Below, one piece after another: positions 28,235 through 42,864 of a stretch of DNA of 64,000 bases; position 1 is the stretch's first letter; every line of letters begins with the position of its first letter. A program made the position numbers and the translations under genes. The notes beneath the pieces were generated by a model that searched no databases, was not told where the DNA came from, and was given only the letters and a program-made list of their open reading frames with translations. Source of the DNA: Eledone cirrhosa. Lineage: Eukaryota. The stretch lies in contig OZ024740.1 in assembly GCA_964016885.1 (NCBI GenBank), forward strand, positions 386,694,001 through 386,758,000. Direction: 5' to 3'.

Positions 28235-29508
28235 TCTCTAGAACAGGAGGGAGCAGCCATTGGTGTTAGCATTGCAGGCGACATAGCTAACATATTCATG
28301 GTATGGTGGGACAGTAGACTTCAACTTAAACTTAAAGAACAATTAGAAGACCCCCTTAACCCTGATAATGTTGATGATACGTTGATGATATAAACATCGT
28401 AGTTAAGACACCCCCACTAGAGAACAGTCAGGAACTAGAGAAAGACACAATGGAAAGCATCCAGCAAATAGCTAACTCCATCCACCAGAGCATTAGAGTT
28501 ACTATAGACTACCCAAGTAAACACCCCAACCATCGATTACCTGTACTAGACACAGAGCTCTGGTTAGATACCATTAATAACAAAAAACAAATCCTCCATT
28601 CCCATTATGCCAAACCCATGACTTCCAAACATCTGATCCACCGAAACTCGGCTGTTTCGGACCATACCAAAATCAACATACTGATTGCGGATTTGGTACG
28701 GGTGATGAGAAACGTGTCCCGCATGTGCAACCCCGAAGAACTAGAGAGACACATACAACACTTCATCCACCGTATGCAGTTCTCTGGTTACAATCAGAGA
28801 GATAAAATCAGAGTGTATAGAGGAGCCAGAACCAAATGGGAAAAAATGGTAAATAATGACACAAATTGGACCTGCCCCTTGTATAGGAGCAAATTTTGGA
28901 ATAGAAAAGAAAGAACTAGGAATAAGGCTAATAGAATAAACTCATGGTATGATAGCAATAAATACCAGAGTGTAATGTTCATCGATACAACCCCCAGAGG
29001 TGAATTAGCTTACAAATTTAGAAGGGCCTTAGATAAACATAAACTCAATATTAAGATAGTAGAAAGACCAGGTACCTCCGTAAAAACACTTATTAGCAAG
29101 ACATACCCTTTTCAAAGACCTCCCTGTATAGATAAGAAATGTATAATCTGTAAATTAAGCCCCCATATTAACTGTAAAACTAGAAATGTAGTATATAGCA
29201 TAAGATGTACTGAAGGACAATGTAGAGATAAAAATATAGTGTACATAGGTGAGACAGCTCGTAGTATAGGGGAACGGATAAATGAACACTGGCGAGACCT
29301 TCAAGATAGTAAAGAATCATCTGTACTCTACCAACATGCTAAAAAAGAACATAAGGGTAAATTAGAGAACATAGAAATAAAAATAGAATCTACACACAGA
29401 AAAGACGCAATGTTTAGACAAATCACAGAGGCAATAAACATAAACGAATTACAACCAAAATTAAATAGAAAACATGAATGGAATAGCAACATCACAACTT
29501 ACAATTAA
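28235..29508 (+). pseudogene. PLE RT C-terminus + GIY-YIG, frameshifted just before YVDD
   Basis: GAAIG..GDIANIFMVWWD; YVDD at 28378 in frame with ORF 28450; LPVLD, MQFSGY, PLYRSK, C..C..C, VVYSIRC..YIGETARS..ER..EH. Confidence 0.9.
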
Positions 29509-29718
29509 GGACAAAAAAAAATGAAAACACACACGCACATAGAACAAACAACCAACCAGTATCATGTATATAAACAAATAAATAAACGAATATAAACACA
29601 CACAGACACCCGGATGTAACACATGCGCAAACTAAGCACACAACACACACACAAAAACAAGATGGCGTAGGACAGAACAAAGGAGAGGCACAAAAAAAAA
29701 CAAAGAAAAGAAACCCCA

Positions 29719-29761
29719 GTCACTGAAGAGGTCACAGAATGTGTGACGAAAGAACTTTGAC
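29719..29761 (+). ncRNA. Minimal hammerhead ribozyme, family F
   Basis: gtca-CTGAAGA-ggtcac(agaatgt)gtgac-GAAA-gaac-TT-tgac. Confidence 0.75.
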
Positions 29762-30088
29762 AATATATAAACAACCATCTGGTTGTGGAACCAACCAACC
29801 AACCGGAAATTTATAAATTCCTAAATTTATAAATTTATTATAATAAATTGAAGTGAAAGCATCTGGTGCATGTGTTTCTTATTGGCAACATGACCCTCCC
29901 AAAGTATAACAATATCGGTTTCAACACACGTTTTCAGATAAAGAATCTTGCTAAACAAATTCAGAAACGAAATATATATATATATAAGTAAAAATTAGCG
30001 AGAATCGAATTTCAGCCTATGAAATAACGAAAAAACACTTTCGAATTGTGAGGCAAGCGCTCAATAATTCAAAAGAATTAGAGCTTAC

Positions 30089-30228
<140 letters not shown>

Positions 30229-30254
30229 TTATATATTATATTTGATATATATTT

Positions 30255-30590
30255 TCCTTATCGAGCCCTCTTTGGATTTTAGTCTTCAATTTTATTATTA
30301 TTACTATTTGGCTCCTTTGGTTGAGCACTCTACTGACTTATATTCACCATGCAGAAACAACATCTGAATATTTCTACAAAGAACATACCCGTACCAAGCA
30401 GGAAAACATACCTAAAACTCCTGATACACCACGAACCAAAGTATCGTCTTCCTGTCTTCCTCCGGCTGCAAAGGTTTTTGAAATATCCAGTTCTGCGTTT
30501 ACAGATTGACTTTGTTAGTTTCAGAAGATCCCGTTAAGGGTGAAAGCAGCGATTCTTTGCTTAAACTTTAATCTGTTATTTTAATAAATA
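30255..30590 (+). mobile_element. Internally deleted PLE (pLTR end, ORF start, pLTR with HHR family H at 30517-30567)
   Basis: ATG 30349 [26 protein letters not shown] resembles the PLE N-terminal S.KNIP.P...Y...LI motif; agttt-CAGAAGA-tccc..gggt-GAAA-gca..tgc-TT-aaact. Confidence 0.7.
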
Positions 30591-30600
30591 TATATATATA

Positions 30601-31262
<662 letters not shown>

Positions 31263-31582
31263 GCCCACTCTGGCCTGGGGTGGTAGTACATATCAGAGTA
31301 CACCCTCTACTGGTCAGGAAAACCAGCATAGAGAGAGGCCTTTCAGGAGTGGGCTTCATGGTCAGGAACTCTATCTTGAAAGCCTGCCAACATCTTTTGT
31401 CTACCCATAGTTTGCCTTTGGTACAGAGTAAGGAATTTCTACCCACTGAACAGGGCCATTTCCCAGAAGGGATGAGGGCCTTGTTTTCTTACTACTTACT
31501 AGAACTTTGGTCTTTATGGAAACTTGATGAGCCCCAACATGCACCCTAACTCCTCATTATAGTCATTATTAACTTTAAACCG

Positions 31583-31718
31583 GCATAGTTACGTCTCTTT
31601 ACGATCTGAGTTCAAATCCCGCCGAGGTTGACTTTGCCTTTCATCCTTACGGGGTCGATAAAATAAAGTACCAGTATGCACTGGGTAATTGCTAGCCTTG
31701 TGCCTAAAGTAGAAACAA
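31583..31718 (+). mobile_element. SINE, 5'-truncated copy of the 5763 family
   Basis: Near identity to 5810-5947. Confidence 0.8.
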
Positions 31719-31734
31719 TTATTAACTTTAAACC

Positions 31735-32135
31735 TACTGACAGCACCTCTGTACAAAGTTTATACTGCTCTCACTAGCCACTCTTAGTTTCCTAAGTGCT
31801 CACTAGCTACTCCTAGTTTCCTAAGTGCTCACCAAATTACAGAATGTGGAATTCTAACAAAAGCTTTCCCTAGGTCGACAAATGCTAGAGACATCTCCTG
31901 TTGTTGCCTCACAAGGAATTGGGCATCTGTGGTACTTTTTCTTGGCACAAGTCCGAACTGCATCTCTTCTAGGTTAATTTGATCCCTAATCAATTGTACA
32001 ATGTCTCTTTCTGTAACTTTCATGACCTGGCCCATCAGTTTCACGTCACAATAGTAGTCTCTGTCTCGTGCATCACCTTTGATCTTGTAGCAGTTGACGA
32101 TAATGATGCTACTCCAGACATTGGGTATAGCACCA
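31735..32135 (-). mobile_element. Degraded RTE LINE RT fragment
   Basis: MQFGLVPRKSTTDAQFLVRQ..AFVDLGKAF.RIPH.VIW. Confidence 0.75.
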
Positions 32136-32143
32136 ATATAGAT

Positions 32144-32433
32144 CAGTCATGGGCAACCTGCGGCCTATGAATCTTTCTGAATGGCTCGCCTAAGTCACCT
32201 AAGTGAAATCTTTCTGATTTTTTTACCCAACTTTTCGGTCTTAATTTATGTTTCTATTATTTTTATGATCGAAAATAACAACGTGTACGAATTCTGAAGA
32301 AACAAATAAAAACAACGTGAGTTACTGCCCCTTTTTTAAAAGTGGGCACGAATGTAAATTAGTGCTTGTGGCCCGCCTGATGATGAGTCATATCTCATGC
32401 AGTCCGCTTCTCGTAAAAGTTTGCCCATGCCCG
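32144..32433. mobile_element. hAT-type MITE
   Basis: TIR CAGTCATGGGCAA / TTGCCCATGCCCG with an 8-bp TSD ATATAGAT at 32136-32143 and 32434-32441. Confidence 0.8.
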
Positions 32434-32485
32434 ATATAGATGATTATAGTGCATCCTACCATCTCAGCAACTATTCCAGATGGCC

Positions 32486-32547
<62 letters not shown>

Positions 32548-32551
<4 letters not shown>

Positions 32552-33758
32552 TACAATAACAGAGATAGTTTAAAGCTAATCTCTGACTGGTAACCATCTC
32601 ACTCAACAAACATTAGGTTATATTTTAATATAAACCCAATTTAAGTGTTTGGGGTGCTAACAATATGTATTATGTGGAAAAGCCAGTTGTATTATTTTAT
32701 GAGATATAATTAAAGTTAAAATATATCTCTCTTTTCAAACAATTGTTTCATTATAAGTTTTCTACAAATTCAGAGAATATTTCCAGTTTATGTAGAAGCC
32801 TAATATACATTCATGTAAGAATATATTTAGGTGGGCGCTTATAAATCATCAGTGGAAGCCCAATAAACTTTGATATAAGAAAAACCATTTCTTACCGCAG
32901 TTAAAAATCGTGTCCGTTAAGTTGCTCCTTCCCGCATCGAATGACCGGCAAATTTGAAATTCCAGCAGTTTTTGACTGAAGAAGTATTATAGCGTCACTA
33001 AGCGGGAAGGGGAGACAACCACGATCCACGAAAGGAGGAAAAAAAAATAATATACACGCGGGTTAATCAGTTTTTTCGAAAACATTATCAATCCAACGTG
33101 TTAAGAACTCAATTGAAATTAAAAAAATAAATATATGCGTGTATAAATTACACACGCATATAGATATTTTCTTAGGCTAAAAACAGAGGTTGTACCTGAA
33201 TAAGAAACCGCATCTCGTAACTGTAGTAAATACGGAAAGTTATGCTTTAAAGGGCAAATGGGAATGTAAATCTCCGGCCGAATTAAGAGTAAAATATAAA
33301 ACACACGCGGGTTAATTAGTTATTTCAAAACTAATATCAATTCCTCGTGTAAAGAACTCAATTAATTTTAAAAAAATAAATGTATGCATGTAATTATATA
33401 CATAGGCATATATATATATTTTCTTAGGCTAAAAAACAGAGAAGTTACAACCAATAAAAACCACCATATCGCACAACAGTAATAAATACGGAAAGTCAAA
33501 TTTATAAGGTACCTGGAAATAAACACCTCTGGCCAATCAAGAGTAAAATATTAATACAATAACAGAGATAGTTTAAAGCTAATCTCTGACTGGTAACCAT
33601 CTCACTCAACAAACATTAGGTTATATTTTAATATAAACCCAATTTAAGTGTTTGGGGTGCTAACAATATGTATTATGTGAAAAAGCCAGTTGTATTATTT
33701 TATGAGATATAATTAAAGTTAAAATATATTTCTCTTTCCAAACAATTGTTTCATTATA
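32548..33758 (-). mobile_element. Non-coding retrozyme-like element: ~1.0-kb unit with ~210-bp direct terminal repeats
   Basis: 32548-32755 repeated at 33551-33758; internal ~250-bp tandem duplication at 33045-33550; no ORF. Confidence 0.7.
32733..32857 (-). ncRNA. Hammerhead ribozyme with a long stem II insertion, family K
   Basis: ttcca-CTGATGA-tttataag(~80 nt)cttataat-GAAA-caattg-TT-tg(a/g)aa; palindromic stem III ACAATTGT. Confidence 0.7.
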
Positions 33759-33943
33759 TTCTCCTTATGTAGAGAACAAAACGTTGAATAATGGTGCTAA
33801 TTTTAGTGGCAATTCGACATGTTTATAATATCCAGCTTTTATCAGCGACCTGATTTGCGTGTGTGTCACTTTAACGACTTGACCGCATGCGTTGGGCAGG
33901 GAGCATAATATTTACTTGCTATACCTTATAGCGTGGAAATAGG

Positions 33944-34024
33944 GCTGTCTGAAGATTCATTTCTTTCCATTGGAAATTCGTTGGATTTCCAATCTTTCGG
34001 AATGATGAAACCGTCGGTAACAGC
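33944..34024 (+). ncRNA. Type I hammerhead ribozyme, family L
   Basis: gctgt-CTGAAGA-ttcatt..ttggaaat..atttccaa..aatgat-GAAA-ccgtcgg-TA-acagc. Confidence 0.85.
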
Positions 34025-34096
34025 ATCTGAACAGGTGATTATTTAATCATTTTTTAATTTATTTAGAAAATTGTTTAATAACCGTTTGTTTCGCTA

Positions 34097-34172
<76 letters not shown>

Positions 34173-34482
34173 TATATTGGTAGAATCATTGGAACATCAG
34201 ATAGAATGCTAAGCATGCCCTCTGAATTAAAATCCTGCCGGGGTCAACTTTACAATTTCTCCATTTGAAGTTGATAATAAAAATTACCAGTCTAGTATTG
34301 AGGTTGATTCTTCCTCTTTGTCTCTTTCTCATTCTCTATCCTTCTCTGGAAGAAATCTGCTGTTTTCAGAGCTGAAGAGGAGACGGACTCTGCAAGGTTT
34401 TAATGCCAAGAAATGCCATATGTTAATATAGCAACTCTACAACTCCCTCGGGAGTTATGGGTCCATGACCCTCCCAAAGTAT

Positions 34483-34568
<86 letters not shown>

Positions 34569-34604
34569 ATACTTTGGGAGGGTCATGTTGCCAATTCAGA
34601 AACG

Positions 34605-34647
<43 letters not shown>

Positions 34648-34667
34648 TACATATGATATGTATAATA

Positions 34668-35506
34668 TCTGTATATATATAAAATTAAGTATGTGCGTGT
34701 GTGTTTGTGTATTACCTATAGGGGCCTACATCTTACGACCGATTTTCATGAAACTTTACAAGCTCGTAGATTAGTCATCGGTCAGTGTTTTCTATATATC
34801 AACGTATCGTTTATTTTATTCCGGGATCATTCTGCAGATAAAAATCGATAGGGGGGGGGGCACCTTTTTTTAGGTATCGAAAAATAAAATTTTTGGCTCT
34901 AGCTCCCACATTTTTCAACCGATTTCTTTCAAATTCGAAACTTCGGGCCCACCTCACACATAAATCAATTTATTTGGTTCAACTTTTATACTACGATAGA
35001 ACCTATCATTGCACATCTTATAGTAGCTTTACACTTTGCATTTTTTGTTCAGGGACGGCGACCTATCATTAGCTCCCTCATTTTTCAACCGATTTCGTTC
35101 AAATTCGAAACTTCGGCTCCTCCTCACACATAAATCAATTTATTTGGTTCGCCTTTATACTACGATAGAACCTATCATTGCACATCTTATAGATAGTCAA
35201 AGGCAAAACGATGGCCACTGACGTCGTCTGAGCTTTTAGTTGTGTATTTGAGAATTCATCGGTTTCCAATCAAGTAGCGTGAGGAAATTTGGCTTAGTGT
35301 TAGAGGTCATTACCTCCCTCCCCCAGCATGCCCCTTCGTCAGTCACCCGCGTTTCTCAGTGAAAGAGGTAATCACCACCCTCTCCCGCATGGCCTGTGTG
35401 TAGCCATAGATGAGTCATCGAGAAGCAGTTGCTAAGATCAACAACACCTTTTCATCAAAGCAGATATTATTTTACCTACCCAGGCAACGATGGGTACTGC
35501 TGCTAG
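34668..35506 (+). mobile_element. Non-autonomous Helitron
   Basis: a|TC 5' end; 3' taccc..gggta hairpin + CTAG|t; internal ~170-bp tandem duplication. Confidence 0.75.
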
Positions 35507-35799
35507 TATATATATATAAATGTATATATAATATATCTTATACAATAAAGAGAGACAAACACAGATATATATATATATGCGTTCAAATCACAAGGGACGT
35601 ATTTTCTTCACCTTGGCGGTTTACGTCCCTTGTGATTTGAACGCATATATGTATATAACTGTGTTTGTCTCTCTTTATTGTATTATAAGGTTTGGAAAAT
35701 TTTTTCGTTGAGCTATATTAACTATAAGGGACTATTGTGAGTTTTTAACTCAATATATACTTTTGATATAATATATCTATACATATAATATATGTGAAT

Positions 35800-37445
35800 T
35801 TCAGCGACTTGGTATCAGCTTTCACCACCTCTGCCCAGGTCTTTTTTGGTCTACCTCTTCTGCAACTTCCCTCCGTTGGGATTTCCTAGCACTTCTTCAC
35901 TCTCCAATTATCATCCATGCATATCACATGCCCATACCAACACAGTCTTCTCTCTTGCACACCACTTCACATTCTGCTTATACCCAATTTCTTCCTCAGT
36001 TCATCCAAGCTCAGCCTTTCTCTCACATTTACATTGCACATTCAACGAAGCATGGTTGCTTCATTTCTCTCCAGCCTATGCATGTAACTCTGCAGTCACT
36101 GCCCATGTTTCACTACCATGCAGCATCACACTTCGAACACGGGCATCATATAATTGTCCTTTTAATGTAGGGAGAAAGTGGGAGTAGCTCTCTAAACTTC
36201 TATCCTATCCTTATTCTAGCTATTATGCTCTCAGAGCACCCTCCATTGCTGATAATTTAAGTCATTCAGAAAGCAGAAGCTTTAACCACTTCTATAGATC
36301 CTTGATATGATTGGAAAACATTTATACCAGTGACGCTCTACCCGTTGATTATCACTGTGCATCTTCTACATAGAAAGTCTTCCCTTTTTATTAGTCTGCA
36401 TGATATCCCACTGCATTTCCTGTGTACTCATATCATCATCATCGTTTTTATGCTTGATGGGTTGGACACGTCCTTCTCCACTTTTTGCACTCCTTTGTCA
36501 TCTCCTCTGCCAGTCTTAGCGATTTGAAGTCAGATCTCACAACCTCTGCCCAGGTATTTCTTGGTCATCCTCTACTGCAGTTTCCTTCCACTGGGATTTC
36601 TTCATTTATCAATCATTGTCCATACCAACAGTCTTCTCTCCCACACACCATCTCAGATTCCTCTTAAACCCAGCTTCTTCCTCAGCTCATCCAAGCTCTC
36701 CAGTCTACCTATGTTTCACTACCATGCAGTATAGCACACCACACACAGGTGTCATACAACCTTCCTTTTGTAAGTAGGGAGAAACCTTTTATTGTTTACA
36801 GTTTTCTAAATTTCTTCCATCCTACCCTTATTCTAGCTATTATACTCTTGGCACACCCTCCTCTGCTGCTAATTAAGTCACCTAGATAGCAGAAACTATC
36901 AATCATGTCTATGGATCCTTCCAATGACAGGAAAAGGTTTATATCATTGGCACAATTCCTTTCGATTTCTCCTGTGTATCTTCTACATGCAAAGTTCTCC
37001 CTTTCTGTTAGTCTACTTGTTTTCCCACTACATCTTTTGTGTACCCAAGATTTACATTTTATGGAGTTTATGCCTACTACTTTTCTACATATTCAGCATG
37101 GCCACTTACTTGGGGTAATCTGGGTCCTATCTTCTCTCCTACTCACAAGCACTTTAGTTTTGACTAAGTTTACTCTCAGACCTTTTGATTCCAAATTCAG
37201 TTTCCATAATCGGAATTTATTTTCTAGTTCTTTTTTGCTTTCAGTTATAAGAACCAAATCATCTGCATAGAGAAGTTCCCATGGGCAGCCCATTTTAAAC
37301 TACTCTGTTATGGCCTCAAGAACAATTATAAACAGCAGTGGGCTAAGAACTGAATCTTGATGAACTCTTACTTGTACCTTGAATTCCTCACTAAACTCAT
37401 TTCCTACTCTCACTTTACTGACAGCTCCTCTGAACATAGCTTGCA
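35800..37445 (-). mobile_element. Cluster of degraded RTE LINE fragments
   Basis: GCPWELLYADDLVLI..WKLNLESKGLRVNL.KTKVL..KWPC; downstream pieces homologous to the RTE at 62.8 kb. Confidence 0.8.
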
Positions 37446-39708
37446 CTTAAATTGGTGTAGTTATTTGAATTTGAGAAAATCTATAAAACATGGAATAGTG
37501 TTATTTTATAACTTCAGAATTTACAGACAGAAGGGGATCACTCTAAGACTCTAATAAAGTGATAATCTTCTGTCCAAAATTCTAGAGTTATTTTTTGCCC
37601 ACTTATTCCTGGGAGGACTGTGGGGGCAGTCCTCAAATACTCCTTCCAGTGGGTCCTGTCAGAAGCAACCATCTCCAACTGATCTGGCTAGATCCCCAAG
37701 TGAGATCAACCAGGCTCATGGATGTTATCCAACCATCTTGCTTGAGGTTTACCCCTGGATTTCCTGCCAGTTGGTTTTGCCTGTAGCATTACTTGACAGT
37801 GTGTAGCTCAGAGATCAGAGAGTTGCTACTTCTATGAATTGAGAGATCACAGCTCTGATACTACAGGCGTGTGGTCAGAATGTCTCAGGAAAGAATTGCT
37901 GGAGACATTTTACAGGCAAAATTCTAGAGTTATAAAATATCATTCCATGTTTAATCTTTCCCTACTTCTCCAATTAAGGAGGCAAATTGGCAGAGTTGTC
38001 TGAACATCAGATAAAAGTACTTCATGGTATTTGTTCTAGCTCTGAGTTCAACTTTGTCTTTCATCCTTTCAGAGTTGATAAATAAAATGGCAGGGCAGGG
38101 GATTGGTGGAATTGTTAGAGCATTGCACTAGATACCTTTCACCTGTTCCTTTGGACTCTTTCTATTCTGAATTCACTTGTAATGTCACTAGTGCCAAGCT
38201 CTATTCATTTTTGCCTTTTTCTTGGACATCATGGAGAAGGGATACCTGCATGCATGAGTGACTGCTGGTCTTTCGCAAAATACCTTGCTCTGGCTTGGAC
38301 CTTGAAGAAGAATTTTCTAGGTGCAAACCTATGGTCAGTTCTGACCGATGGGGGTGCAGCATATATTCTTCAACATCATTATACAGATGCTAAAGAGTAA
38401 AAAAGTTCAATAATTTAACTTCCAATTCCTTACTCAACATTTTATAATAATATTTGATATATATCGATTGCTTTATATAGGTATCAAAACCTTGAATTTA
38501 GAATGAAGAAAAAATTTGATCTAAATGCTCTTCACATTAAGAAAAGAAAACATCCTTTTCTGACCTCTTAAAAATTCTGAAGAATTTTACCTATGTAATA
38601 CATGAAGATGTCAGGTTGCTCTTGAGTGCAATTTGTAACACGTAACCCAATACACCCTGCCAAATCATCAGCAACCCCATCAAGTTTACTTGGTTAGAGG
38701 GTGATTTTTGGACACCCAGTGGGATGAAAAACAAAAATCATAAAAAAGACAGAGGAACTTGGGAGAGTCAACGGCTCACCAATAGAGTGTAAAAAAAAAT
38801 AAAATAACTGGTAAACAGAGCTCATTAGCCTTGATTGGCAGTCTGTCTAGAAGGATTACTCTGACTTCAAAACCAGGGTAGATGTGGGTCCTTAGTTATC
38901 TTAGTGCCAATGGTTTCATCCTTGTCATGAAAATGGATGAGCTGCAGCTCAGTAACCAGCTTCCAAGAAATAGTCAGACAAGGATTTGACACCCATCAAT
39001 ATTGCTTTTTGTACTGATAAGACTCATGGATATACAGCATCATATAGATAATCATTGGTGTAAGTATCCATGGTCGCTGACCCTCAGCAATGAGGGTGGG
39101 AAGATATCAGGCCAATACATTGAATGTGTTAAGAATAATATATTGGTTAGAATAGTCTAAATATATTGATATCCCAGTTATATCTTATTTAGGGATCAAT
39201 ACTTGACTTTGTTTCTTTATAAGAAAGCTTCAGGGACTTGAGACAAAGACAAACAATACAAAAAAAAACTTATAGGCAACAAGTAAGTTATGCTTTCATT
39301 CTTTTAATATCAATGAGTAAAATTAAATTAAAAACAGCTGAAAATAAATAAAATAAATTTCTTTTGTCGTTGTTTACAAAGAGATTTATATAAACAATAT
39401 TCTGTGACAATAAAAAGTAATTGGTGATAACCATTTCTTTCAACTACTAACCAGCAACAATTGAAATTGGATATATCAACCACAAATCTCCGTCGGTTAT
39501 TCAGGTCCTCCTTCACAGTCCAGGAAGATTAAAAACATTGAGAGCTATGGGCACTGCCCTTACCTTCTCAAATAACAAAACAAAATCATTGCTACTATAG
39601 CAATGTCCCCTCAGAGATTCTTAATCTACTTTTCTGTGTCAGAATTAAGGATATAGCATGACAAGACTGGTAATAGAGACAGGTACACATTCAGAGAAAC
39701 ATACTTAA

Positions 39709-39916
39709 CCCTTTAGCATTTAAACCGGCCAGAACTCTCTCACCTCTTTCTGTTCAAACCGGCCATGACCGGCCATATGGACTAACATTAAGGTATCGTT
39801 CTCAAAATAAATATCAAAATTTCGTAGATTCGATATTATGTGAGATAATTATGTAAGATAAAGCCTTTACCACAAAAATACAATAGTATATATAGAGTAA
39901 TGTAAATGCTAAAGGG
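39709..39916. mobile_element. piggyBac-type MITE
   Basis: TTAA-CCCTTTAGCATTTA...TAAATGCTAAAGGG-TTAA; related copy at 58053-58280. Confidence 0.8.
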
Positions 39917-41101
39917 TTAAATACCAGTCATCAACCAATCTACTGTACATTGGGTAATTTGCTAACTCACACAAAAGCCAATTCCCTTATGTTCTAGGTT
40001 TGTCTAATTTCAGTTTTTTTTTTCAGTCTAATGAACTGACTATCAAGTTAATACAACCATAACACTTATTACTTTTTTTTGGAATTAAAAATTAAAAGCT
40101 GTTGGTGAAATCAAATACAAAGTAAAACAATATGAAAACTCAGTCAGTGGTAATGCTTTAGTTACCTCATCAGAAAGAACCCCCAGCCACCCCCTAATGA
40201 ATAAAAGCTGAAAGAGATCAGAGCCTCCCAAGCATGTGCTCTCAATGTTACAAAAGTTACTTACATGGCAGTTGTTATACATATCTAAATCAGGTTTATC
40301 TCGATTAGAACACAATATAGAGATGAGATGATATTACTGTAAGCTCAAAAAAATAAAGTGGCAGTTAAAGCTGCAAGCCCATATCTTTATTGTCTGATTT
40401 TGTAGGTTATTGAATGACTCTATTTAAAAAAAATCTTTCATTATTATTACACTCATCATCAACAACAGTTGATAAATTGGATAATTGAAAAGTAGCATCA
40501 TTGGATAAACAATAAATTAAAGAGATTAGAGAAACTATATTATTTCATCTCATTACTAGACATTTATATAAATATCGAGCAAAGGAAAAGTTTAAATACA
40601 CCACCACCCAACTTAGTTCCATTTAAATATTCTTTATACAGGAGATTAGCATTTCATGAGCAATCATTTCTTTGTCAAAATTTTTCAAGGGTACATTTAT
40701 AAAATTTGGAATGAAAATGAACTCATTTTTAAATCCTTCAATAATTTATAGAAAATAATTTGTGAGCTAGGGTTAATGATTAGTGGAATATTTCATACAA
40801 CGTAGCTGACTTTCATAGTGCTGAATAAAAGCATACATTTGTTGAGGACTTTTTTAGTTTAAATCAATCCTCAGAAATGCATTCATCAAAATACAGGATT
40901 TTAACCCACAGATAAGTTTGAGAGATCAGGATCTTGGTTACTGGATTGATTTTCTGATTTGTGTAATCTTACTATTTTACAATTACATGTTTGAAAAATA
41001 CCATTAGCTGGAGATTCCTTACAGGGTTAACATGTGTCATCATCAGTAATTTTTGATATGCTTGGATCACAAAAACTTTCCTTTAGCTGTTTGTCTGACA
41101 T

Positions 41102-41308
41102 TTAATCAAGGTTGTCTGAGTCTTCAAGATAGGTTATTGATGCTGTAGACTTGTCCAAAGAAATTTGATAGCCAATCCAGTTAAGTAATTTTCCCAAGAA
41201 AGGTAAGCAGATAGCTTGGTGGAGAATAGCTATGACACGATACATTTGACCAGAAAATGGATCCGAGACAGCGGGGCATAATATATTATTGAGATTCACA
41301 GATGATAG
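41102..41308 (-). CDS. TMEM164: TMEM164 terminal coding exon
   Basis: tttcttttatag acceptor; LSSVNLNNILCPAVSDPFSGQMYRVIAILHQ..GKL matches TMEM164 [28 protein letters not shown]. Confidence 0.93.
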   Translation of the reverse strand, partial: LSSVNLNNILCPAVSDPFSGQMYRVIAILHQAICLPFLGKLLNWIGYQISLDKSTASITYLEDSDNLD

Positions 41309-42864
41309 CTATAAAAGAAATAATGAAAATATTAACAACAACATATACCACAAACAATTATTTATATAATAAATATGGGTAGTAAAATAAGGTCTATTCA
41401 CTGCAGATATTTTGTTGCATTTTCTGGCATGACACTTAAGTCTTCATTGCCCCAGTTCACTACCTTTTCTGGCAAATTTACCTGCTATAGATTTGTGTCT
41501 TATCCACAGAAAGACTCATCTTATCCAGTCACTGCTACTAAATCAAATGTTAAGCAAAGTTTCTCTAGATCTATAATATTTGTCAATAAAAAATAAGAGA
41601 TATAGAGGCTGAACATATGTAACAATAATTTACAATACTTTTGATCTTGGAATAAATATTTCACGACAGAATTTCTATCCTAAAATTCAATTTCTATTTA
41701 TTTATTTAAATTTGTTGCAGTTTTGTGCCATAAATATCAGCAAAGATTTCAATAAATGAAAATTATCAGTAAATAATAATTGCGTACAAGTTTGAAATAT
41801 TTTAATATTAATGACATCAGTCAGTGTACACAAGAGACATAATCACATCTGGACATGAAAGGAAAATGAACAATACTTTCTGGCTAATTGTTACACATAT
41901 CTATAGAAATATAAGAAAAAGATGAGCAGTGAAAACAATTTTGAAGACACTGAGTTTTCCAAATAAAATGTTGAAAAACAAAAGGTTACAGACCTATCTA
42001 ACCCAATATAGATGAAATAGTTGTAAAAACAATAATTATCATACTGAATTATCATTACATATCTATCAGGAGTTGCAACTGGTAGATTGTATCAGCATTA
42101 GAAAGATCAATGGAAATATTGTTTCCTTAGTTCGATTTGACACTCGGTAAGGGAATGAGGTAATCCAGAAATCTGTAGCAATGTATGATAATGAAATATC
42201 CAAAAAGGTTTTTGGAACAATAACAACACCATTAAAAAATACAGAAGTACAAAGTAATTTATTTTATGCTGTAAGAAACAGCAATGTTTAACGTTTTAGA
42301 TAAGGGTCCTTTGTCAAGAAAAATCTGTGAAAAGTATAAGGTGAAATAATTAATGGAAGTAGGTAAAGCAGAAAGCTATTTTACAGCAAAAAAAGAGTTT
42401 TACTGTTGAGGGAGATAAGATGCAAGAGTATGTTATTTAAGTGTGTCATTTAGTCAAATAAGTAGGGTGTGAGAGTGTATTACATATGTGGGCAGGAGTG
42501 TGAGTGAAGCAGTGAGTGAAGAAATGAAAACAAGATAATTATTAATCCCCAGTTGGATGGACTGTTTTAAGATGGAAAATTAGCTGTTGTTCATGATGCA
42601 AGTAGGGGACAAGAGATCCTTTGAACTGAGTGAAGATAATTTTATGCTTTAACAAAGAAACAGGGGAGCATTCTTGGAGAGTCATTCAACCAAGGAAGAT
42701 AAGATGTAAGAGCAGGTTATGTTATGTGTAGAGTGAGAAAGGTATTATGTGAAGCAGTGTTTCTAAAGGAAAATAACTTTTGGGGATATTTCATCAAATA
42801 TATTTGGAAAACATGTTAAGGAGATATATAGTAATAAAGATAGAGATAAAGCAATAATTCTTAC

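Larger units (their letters stand above)
28075..29973 (+). mobile_element. 5'-truncated Penelope-like element (tentatively Naiad-like) with inverted 5' pLTR
   Basis: 28075-28198 is the reverse complement of ~29790-29914; ~60-nt 3' extension; flanked by (TA)n. Confidence 0.9.

Noticed and set aside
28190-29508. Selenocysteine (in-frame UGA) recoding as reported for some Naiad PLEs
   Set aside because: The retained ORF has no in-frame TGA; the break is a frameshift near a short duplication before YVDD
34367-34440. agag-CTGAAGA...GAAA..ctct hammerhead-like motif
   Set aside because: Lacks the UH cleavage dinucleotide and a closing stem II; not counted
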